DNA of 64,000 bases, from contig CASDUJ010000034.1 in assembly GCA_949283935.1 (NCBI GenBank), positions 57,885 through 121,884 of the forward strand. Direction: 5' to 3'. This DNA comes from an uncultured bacterium (GTDB taxonomy: Bacteria > Cyanobacteriota > Vampirovibrionia > Gastranaerophilales > JAILCC01). Positions 57,992-64,000 of the stretch are shown here, in pieces. Positions within the stretch are counted from its first letter, which is position 1. The number at the start of each line of letters is the position of its first letter. The notes beneath the pieces were generated by a model. The model had not been told where the DNA came from, did no database searches, and was given only the letters and a program-made list of their open reading frames with translations. The translations under genes and the position numbers were made by a program.

Positions 57992-58180
57992 ATCAACTAT
58001 TTTATCGCATAAAAAAATTTTTTACCAATATATGTTAAAAAATTTAAATTTCAAGCAAATCTACAAAGAAAGTCAATAGTTAAGAAATATTAAGATAAGA
58101 TAACACTAATATATACTTTTTGCGCAATAAATATATACCAAATGTTTTTATTAAAGTATAGCGAGCAGTGGAGAAGAGAG

Positions 58181-58384
58181 ATGTCAACAGCAGAACAAAT
58201 TAACATTTTTAATTTAAGATACAAAAACATAAAGCCTACAGCCAATATGTATGCACAATGTGCGCAAAATATTTCTTCAGCAATGGCAAAACCCCGCAGA
58301 ACCCAATACAAAACTGTAAATCAATTACTAAAAGAATGTCCATTAGTTGGTTCTACCAAACTTGGTTTAAATTTTATTGCTTAA
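58181..58384 (+). CDS. Possible small (67 aa) basic protein
   Basis: An internal ATG of the 80-aa track ORF has a GGAG 7 nt upstream. Composition is plausible, but there is no homology and it ends 1 nt from the convergent EF-hand gene. Confidence 0.3.
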   Translation: MSTAEQINIFNLRYKNIKPTANMYAQCAQNISSAMAKPRRTQYKTVNQLLKECPLVGSTKLGLNFIA

Positions 58385-58385
58385 A

Positions 58386-58901
58386 CTAAGTTTCTTCAGC
58401 CGAAGAAATATCTTCTGTATCTGTTTCATAATAAAGAGACATATTTTTTATCATTAAATCTTTTTGTTCATCCCTTTTAGTTTGAACTTCTTCATCTATA
58501 CAAAAAGCATTTATTTCTGCCTCAGAAACTTTGCCGTCTCCATTTGTGTCGATTTTGGAAAAATTAGAAATTATCTTATTTGCAAGTTCTTCATCAATAG
58601 CACCTTGGGAACGTAATTGCAAAATTTGGTCTCTAGTAAGACCTGTAGACAAATTTGTAAGCATGTTATTAGCTTCATCGGCATCTAAAATTCCATCATT
58701 GTTTGTATCTAAAGTAGAAAATTGATTGCTAAGCATTTGAAAGAAAGTAGAATTAATACCTGAAGTATTGTTGTATATTGCATTGTTCAAATTTGTCCGG
58801 TTAATTCCTGTAGTATTATTTTGCAAAAGGTATTGAATAGTACTTTGCATGCCACTTTGCGCGGCAGTAAAAATACCAGTAGTTTTGCTTCTATCGTACA
58901 T
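58386..58901 (-). CDS. EF-hand calcium-binding protein (two canonical loops)
   Basis: DTNNDGILDADE and DTNGDGKVSEAE loops. Asn/Thr-rich N-terminal half and acidic C-terminus. Confidence 0.65.
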   Translation of the reverse strand: MYDRSKTTGIFTAAQSGMQSTIQYLLQNNTTGINRTNLNNAIYNNTSGINSTFFQMLSNQFSTLDTNNDGILDADEANNMLTNLSTGLTRDQILQLRSQGAIDEELANKIISNFSKIDTNGDGKVSEAEINAFCIDEEVQTKRDEQKDLMIKNMSLYYETDTEDISSAEET

Positions 58902-59118
58902 AATTCCATCCTTATATTATCTACTAACTAGATTATAATTATTTTTTGTTATTTGTCATCATTCATAAAAAGTATCAATAAAGGAATAATCCAAATTATT
59001 TTTGTTCTATAATTTAGCTATGCAAAAAATTTTAATACTTTTTATTTTAATAATTATTTGTGTTTTTACTTTTACCCTCGAAAGTAAGTCAAAGAATTTT
59101 CAAAAAGGAGAACAACAA

Positions 59119-60366
59119 ATGGGACTAGAAAAACTTAAAAAGGAAAATAAAGTTATCGATTATTTCATACAATTAGCAGAAATTCCATCTCCAAGTTTAA
59201 AAGAAGAAAAAGTAGCAAATAAAATTATAGAAATCTTGGCTAATAAAAACATTTCAGCTAAAAAAGATTCATATGGGAATGTTATTGCTTACTTAGAAGC
59301 AAACAATAATAATAATGAACCTATTTTACTAAGCGCTCATATGGATGTAGTAGGCAGCAATGATCCGGTAAATATTTGCTTGTCATCTGACAATCAATAC
59401 ATTGAAACGGACAAAAAAAGAACGCTCGGAGCTGACGATAAAGCCGGAATAGCAGTTATTTTAGACATCCTTGTATATTTCAAAGAACATCCTAAAATTT
59501 CCCATCCCAAAATTGAAGCTGTTTTTACTAAAGATGAAGAACTTGGAATGACAGGTATAGAAAATCTTGATACAACTCAAATAACTTCGCAGAATGCATT
59601 AATACTGGATGGGAGCAACCTAGGGGAATGTAATGTTGCTGGAGCAAGTTTTACAAATTTAACTATTTATGTAACAGAAGGGAAAAGTGGGCATTCAGGA
59701 ATTGATATAGCTGATGAAACGAGAATAAGTGCTAATAAAGTTCTCGCAGAAATTATTTCACAAATTCCACAAGGAGTTTATAAACAAAATGAACTAGGAA
59801 TAATTACCTCTATTAACTCTGGAGCAATAATTGGAGGAAGCGCAGGGATATATTTGCTAAACAATAAAGACAACTTAAATATCATTTCACAAAATCAAAT
59901 AATGGAAGAAATAGCACAAAAATCTTTCAGAAATATTATTGCATCTAACGCTTACGTTTCATATTCTATAAGAAGTTCTGACCCCGAAAATGAAAATTGT
60001 TTAATAGAAGAAATTAAGCAAATTGTAGATAAAATTTCGCAAAAATACAAAAATAAAATTAAAATTTCCTACCAATTTGAAACTCATCTTAAACCTTTTG
60101 TAAAAGATAATAATGAAAAATTTTTGAGTATTGTACTTAATGCTGCTAAAAAAACAGGTTTGGAAACAAAACCTTCATCTTTTCATGCAGGCGCAGAGAC
60201 ACACGTTTTGCAAAACAATAAAACAAATGCAAATGCTGAAAAATTTAAACCAATGTTACTTGGAATTGCTAATATTTTAAATATGCATTCGCCAGAAGAA
60301 ATGTTAGATTACAAAAGTTTGATACAAGGAAGCAATTGGATAAAAGAAATTATTTTTGAATTATAA
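59119..60366 (+). CDS. M20-family peptidase (PepT/PepD-like)
   Basis: Start moved to ATG 59119 (AAGGAG SD 8 nt upstream). Metal-ligand blocks SAHMDVV, GADDKAGIA, DEELGMTG. Confidence 0.85.
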   Translation: MGLEKLKKENKVIDYFIQLAEIPSPSLKEEKVANKIIEILANKNISAKKDSYGNVIAYLEANNNNNEPILLSAHMDVVGSNDPVNICLSSDNQYIETDKKRTLGADDKAGIAVILDILVYFKEHPKISHPKIEAVFTKDEELGMTGIENLDTTQITSQNALILDGSNLGECNVAGASFTNLTIYVTEGKSGHSGIDIADETRISANKVLAEIISQIPQGVYKQNELGIITSINSGAIIGGSAGIYLLNNKDNLNIISQNQIMEEIAQKSFRNIIASNAYVSYSIRSSDPENENCLIEEIKQIVDKISQKYKNKIKISYQFETHLKPFVKDNNEKFLSIVLNAAKKTGLETKPSSFHAGAETHVLQNNKTNANAEKFKPMLLGIANILNMHSPEEMLDYKSLIQGSNWIKEIIFEL

Positions 60367-60385
60367 ATTTTTATTTACGTCAAAA

Positions 60386-60408
60386 ACTCCCTGCTTTAAG
60401 CAGGGAGT
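60386..60408. terminator. Bidirectional rho-independent terminator between convergent genes
   Basis: ACTCCCTGC-TTTAA-GCAGGGAGT flanked by an A-run and a T-run. Confidence 0.8.
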
Positions 60409-60425
60409 TTTGATAGTAAATATCT

Positions 60426-62627
60426 TTACAACAATTCAGGGAAACCACTAGGATTATTTTGGAAAATATCATCCAAACTTGGTGTGTAAGAACCATGGTC
60501 ATGACCACAACCAAAATGATAATTTTCACCGTGTTTTGTCAAATGCCAACAATGACCATCAGTAACAGCTCCAGGGACAGCTAAGCCTACAGCTAATGTA
60601 GCATATGCTAGAGCTTCACCTGCTTTTTCATAACCTGCTTGCTTTAACGCAGAATTATATGTACTATTTGAAATTTCAGTTACTGCTTCTTTACCTTTTT
60701 TAGCTGCTGTATAGCCTGCAATTACTGCTCCACCTATTTCGTGACATGCCATACTGGCTAGAACTTTATCCGCAGTAGTTACACTTTCTTTTAATGCAGC
60801 TTTTAGCGGGGTCATTAAAAATCCTTTACCAACACTTAGTAAATTAGAAGTCAAACCTCTTTCGCCTGCAGTATTATCAGCATTAGAATAAGTACTATCT
60901 ATATTATTCCAAAATTCTGTTCCTGCAACACCAGCATTTTCAGCTCTTTGAGCAAGTCTTTTTGCATCATTAAAATCGATACTACCGTTAGCAACTAACG
61001 AAGCAGCTTCCAACTCAGCATTTTGCAATCTTGTGTCCATTTCAGTACTTAATTTTGCTTCTGCCTTTTCTATGTATTTAGCACGATTTTTATTCGCTAA
61101 CTTAACATTTTTATCAAATTCGGCAAAAAGTCTTTGAGCTTCTTCAGTATTTCCAGATGCATTAGCAGCTAATGAAGCAGCATATAAACCTCTGATGTGT
61201 TTAGCAGATATTTCATCTACATTTACTTCGGCTCTACTTTTTATAGCTTCTTGCGAAGTCATTGCTTCCTTTTTCTCTGCTTCAAATAAAGATTGGTATT
61301 CAGCTTTTTTAGTTTCAATAACTTCTTCGCGAGTTGGAGTAGGAGTTGATGGTTTAACTTCTGCAACAGCTTCCTGTTCAGCTCCGCCGAACCAACTTAA
61401 AGGATTATACCAAGTTGATTCTGATTTTTCTTCTGGCTTGGACTCTGTTTGTTCTTTTGGTTCATCTTTAGCTTCTTCTTCGCCATCTATTAAACCAAAA
61501 GTAATTCCGCTTACCAATTTATTTACTGCTTTTTTGGTAGTACCTTCTTTTCCATCAAACGAAGTTGTTACTGTTTGTAACAAACCAGATGCAAAACGAA
61601 GAGGAGCAGTTGTAGCTTTAGCTACTTCTTCTCCGGCAACATATTGAATACCTGCATTCAAACCTGATTCTGTCAAATCAATTACAGATGCAGGAGCATT
61701 TAATACATCTGAAACAGCTTCTCTTGACTGCAATTGGGCTTTATCTAATTTATCAACACCTGTATCAAATTGATGAACTAAAAGATCAGTATTTTTATTT
61801 ACTAATTCCTTTGCAGCAGAATTAGCAGCTGCAACAAGAACTGTTTCTCTTGAAATTTTTCCTGCTGGATTTTCAACATCGTATTCTCTTTTAATCAATT
61901 CACGAACTTCATCAGTGTCCATATCAGAAAGTTTTTCAGGATCAATGCCTAAACGAGTTGCTACTGCAATTGCAGTCTTTTTATCATTGATGTTTTCAAT
62001 TGAATAATCTTTCAAACTATCAGCCACAATTCCCAAAGATTTTTTAGTACTTTCATCAATTAAATTATTTGTATAACCTTCAAGTTTCAATCCTGAACTT
62101 ACTACATCAGAAGAACCTCCGGCAAAATTTAAAACTCCATTCAACAATTTAACTGGGGAAGCTACTGCTTTTAATAAACCTGTGCCAGCATTAGCAGCTT
62201 TGTCAGCGTTATCTTTAGTTTCTTTTGTTTCTAGATTGTCAATTGCCTCATCAAGTTTTTCAGATTGAGTAGTAATTTTTTCGGAAACATACGAAGTTAC
62301 ATCAGCTGGCTGTGCAGATAAATTACCCGCTAATGCAGGAATGTATCCCAATCCTTTAGTTTCCTTCGTTATTAATTCTACGCGTCCATCTGCCCTATCT
62401 TGTGCAGCAACCAAATCATTCCAACCACCTTTTTCTTTTACGTATTCAACTCCATCTTTTACGTACGAATAGCCAGTCTTTGCAGCATCCCAAGTAGCCT
62501 CAGCTGCATCAGATATGCCACCCCAAATAGAACCAAAAAATCCTTTTTCTTCGTTTGGTTGTTGCAGCTTTTTATCTTCAGAAGTATTTTGAAGATTTGC
62601 TTGATTTTCAACTTTTTTAATTTCCAT
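60426..62627 (-). CDS. Large (733 aa) Ala/Glu/Lys-rich hypothetical protein with a C-terminal hydrophobic hairpin and a Cys/His-rich tail
   Basis: Start moved to MEIKKVENQ (ATG 62627, AGGAGGA SD 9 nt upstream). No signal peptide. Long predicted-helical body and a PT-rich linker (KPSTPTPT). Near the C-terminus come MACHEIGGAVIAGY, ALAYATLAVGLAVPGAV, then DGHCWHLTKHGENYHFGCGHDHG. Confidence 0.65.
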   Translation of the reverse strand: MEIKKVENQANLQNTSEDKKLQQPNEEKGFFGSIWGGISDAAEATWDAAKTGYSYVKDGVEYVKEKGGWNDLVAAQDRADGRVELITKETKGLGYIPALAGNLSAQPADVTSYVSEKITTQSEKLDEAIDNLETKETKDNADKAANAGTGLLKAVASPVKLLNGVLNFAGGSSDVVSSGLKLEGYTNNLIDESTKKSLGIVADSLKDYSIENINDKKTAIAVATRLGIDPEKLSDMDTDEVRELIKREYDVENPAGKISRETVLVAAANSAAKELVNKNTDLLVHQFDTGVDKLDKAQLQSREAVSDVLNAPASVIDLTESGLNAGIQYVAGEEVAKATTAPLRFASGLLQTVTTSFDGKEGTTKKAVNKLVSGITFGLIDGEEEAKDEPKEQTESKPEEKSESTWYNPLSWFGGAEQEAVAEVKPSTPTPTREEVIETKKAEYQSLFEAEKKEAMTSQEAIKSRAEVNVDEISAKHIRGLYAASLAANASGNTEEAQRLFAEFDKNVKLANKNRAKYIEKAEAKLSTEMDTRLQNAELEAASLVANGSIDFNDAKRLAQRAENAGVAGTEFWNNIDSTYSNADNTAGERGLTSNLLSVGKGFLMTPLKAALKESVTTADKVLASMACHEIGGAVIAGYTAAKKGKEAVTEISNSTYNSALKQAGYEKAGEALAYATLAVGLAVPGAVTDGHCWHLTKHGENYHFGCGHDHGSYTPSLDDIFQNNPSGFPELL

Positions 62628-62755
62628 ACCCAAATGTCCTCCTAATATGTTTTCCCAAGCAAAATTAATTTTCCCATATATGTAAATAAAAACCATGTTT
62701 ACTTTTAAATTGCCTAATCGATTAAAAAAAATACCATGCCGAATTTTTTTTTATA

Positions 62756-62764
62756 TGTTATAAT
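62756..62764 (+). promoter_or_regulatory. Extended -10 promoter element (TGTTATAAT) for the AI-2E permease gene
   Basis: The exact 12-mer ATATGTTATAAT occurs 33 nt upstream of ATG 62797. Confidence 0.45.
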
Positions 62765-62796
62765 CAGCGAAAATAGTAATTTTACGGAGTATAAAT

Positions 62797-63813
62797 ATGA
62801 ATGAAATTAAAATATCTGTTTCTATAAAATCAATAATTGTAATAATTGCTATTACTTTACTAGTATTAGGTTTAATAATCGCAAAAGATATTATACTATT
62901 CCTATTTGCTGGCTACATAATTGCTAGTGCAATGTTTCCATTAATTGATTTTTTGAGAAAAAAAATGCCAGTTGCCTTAGCTGTTGCACTGGTATTTACT
63001 GTATTGATTATTTTTATAGCAACAGTATTTATTCCATTTTTTGCTATATTAACTCATCAATTAGAACAGTTTCATCAATTTTTTCCCAGATTAACCGAAA
63101 AAATATCGGAATGGACAGCAATATATAGATCATCCCATTTGAGTTTTATGTTGCCTTCAACTGAAGAATTAGCAAGTAAACTTTTTGGATACAGCGAAGA
63201 TTTTGTAAAAAAATCTATCGATTTTACATTTACTATTTTTGGTATTGTTGTTGCTTTTTTTACATTAGCTGCATTAGTCATGTTTATTTTATTAGATAGA
63301 GAATCTCTTAAAGAAGGATTCCTCTCTTTTTTTCCAAAAGAAAAACGTAATTATGTAGCCAACATTGCTGCGACAATTACAACCAGAGTAGGTGGATATG
63401 TTAGAGGACAGTTGTTAATCATGTTTCTTGTTGGTTTAGTAACAGGCTTGGTAATGCAATTTATGGGGCTGCCTTTTGCTTTGTTATTGGGTATTTTAGC
63501 AGGTCTATTAGAAGTAGTACCAATTGTTGGTCCAATATTATCTGCAGTACCAGCTGTTATACTCGCTTTACTAGTAAGTCCTTGGTTGGCTTTAGGAGTT
63601 ATCGTTGCTTATTTAGTAATACAAAGAATAGAAAATTTTATTACTCCTTTTGTGTATGGAAAATTTTTGAACATGCCACCTTTAATTATTATAAGTGTTA
63701 TTCTTATAGCAGGAGCAACTTTAGGAGTCTTTGGAGTCATACTATCTCCTGCAATTGCAGCCGCAATTTATGTTCTTATAGAAGAACTTTATTTAAAAAA
63801 GATAAATAACTAA
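62797..63813 (+). CDS. AI-2E (PerM/YhhT) family transporter
   Basis: 338 aa with about 8 TM segments. The blocks GGYVRGQL and LLEVVPIVGPIL are characteristic of the family. Confidence 0.88.
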   Translation: MNEIKISVSIKSIIVIIAITLLVLGLIIAKDIILFLFAGYIIASAMFPLIDFLRKKMPVALAVALVFTVLIIFIATVFIPFFAILTHQLEQFHQFFPRLTEKISEWTAIYRSSHLSFMLPSTEELASKLFGYSEDFVKKSIDFTFTIFGIVVAFFTLAALVMFILLDRESLKEGFLSFFPKEKRNYVANIAATITTRVGGYVRGQLLIMFLVGLVTGLVMQFMGLPFALLLGILAGLLEVVPIVGPILSAVPAVILALLVSPWLALGVIVAYLVIQRIENFITPFVYGKFLNMPPLIIISVILIAGATLGVFGVILSPAIAAAIYVLIEELYLKKINN

Positions 63814-63819
63814 AATAAT

Positions 63820-64000
63820 TTAACTATTTTCTTGCCAAACAGCCCAAGGAGCCTTATTAGCTTGCCATAACTCGGTCAAGGCTATTTTATCACGCAATGT
63901 ATCCATAGGGCGCCAAAATCCTCTGTGCTTAAAAGCATTAAGTTGATTGTCTGCTGCTAGATTCTCTAAAGGAGCTTTTTCAAAAATTACATCATCTCCA
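63820..64000 (-). CDS. rfbF: Glucose-1-phosphate cytidylyltransferase, C-terminal 59 codons (5' part outside window)
   Basis: Manual minus-strand translation ...NAFKHRGFWRPMDTLRDKIALTELWQANKAPWAVWQENS* matches the conserved RfbF C-terminus (FW.PMDTLRDK...LW..G.APW..W). It is not in the ORF track because no start lies in the window. Confidence 0.8.
   Translation of the reverse strand, partial: GDDVIFEKAPLENLAADNQLNAFKHRGFWRPMDTLRDKIALTELWQANKAPWAVWQENS

Noticed and set aside
59002-59118. Upstream extension of the M20 peptidase containing a hydrophobic stretch (MQKILILFILIIICVFTF) that could be a signal peptide
   Set aside because: ATG 59119 has a near-perfect AAGGAG SD at 8 nt, and PepT-type enzymes are cytoplasmic. 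The upstream start codons lack SDs. An exported isoform cannot be fully excluded.
60738-60752. CHEIGG in the 733-aa protein as a possible zinc-metalloprotease HEXXH site
   Set aside because: The second His is missing (H-E-I-G-G) and the motif sits in a hydrophobic segment. It is not a metzincin or gluzincin signature.
61195-61647. 150-aa plus-strand ORF inside the 733-aa gene
   Set aside because: It is antisense to a gene with a strong SD and terminator. The Ser/Ala-rich translation is what the reverse complement of GCN/GAA-rich codons produces. There are no initiation signals.
62628-62696. 23-codon extension of the 733-aa gene
   Set aside because: An AGGAGGA SD lies inside the extension, 9 nt before ATG 62627. 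The extension translation (MVFIYIYGKINFAW) looks like AT-rich noise.

Overview
This is a 64 kb chromosomal segment from an AT-rich bacterium (about 30% GC by eye). It is densely coding, with about 60 protein genes. I found no rRNA, tRNA, CRISPR array, transposase or integrase.

Most of the window is housekeeping:
- ftsH (5' end outside the window), a GltD/NfnB-like oxidoreductase, and gdhA
- eda-lipA-lpdA-purH, rsgA, and bioY-rimI
- the cell-wall block murF-mraY-murD-ftsW-murG
- a glcD/glcF-like pair, a HIT protein, and manC-hisS
- der-plsY-gpsA and rny-ymdB-PHP
- murA, rpsA, lptC-lptA-lptB-lptF/G, a PepT-like M20 peptidase, an AI-2E permease, and the 3' end of rfbF

The lpt operon together with the peptidoglycan genes implies a diderm cell with LPS. 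Low GC, rny-ymdB and orphan prepilin-type genes would fit a gut Melainabacteria/Vampirovibrionia-like lineage. That is inference only, and I cannot verify it here.

Family-less genes and unexplained RNA-level signals sit between the housekeeping blocks. No canonical defence or mobile system is visible. The best candidates for something undescribed are:
1. A translationally coupled tandem pair of paralogous multi-pass membrane proteins (6054-9401), next to a synthase-like GT2 and an MsbA-like exporter.
2. A 733-aa Ala/Glu-rich protein with a hydrophobic C-terminal hairpin and a Cys/His tail (60426-62627).
3. A tight murA operon carrying an internally duplicated small protein, a stand-alone Ppx-type HD domain and a Cas4-like Fe-S nuclease (49078-52019).
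4. A terminator-bounded intergenic sRNA candidate with C-rich anti-Shine-Dalgarno motifs (21371-21472).
5. A short N-terminal K-x-[ST]-F-G motif recurring in several unrelated hypothetical proteins.

All family assignments come from motifs read in the translations. No database search was run.
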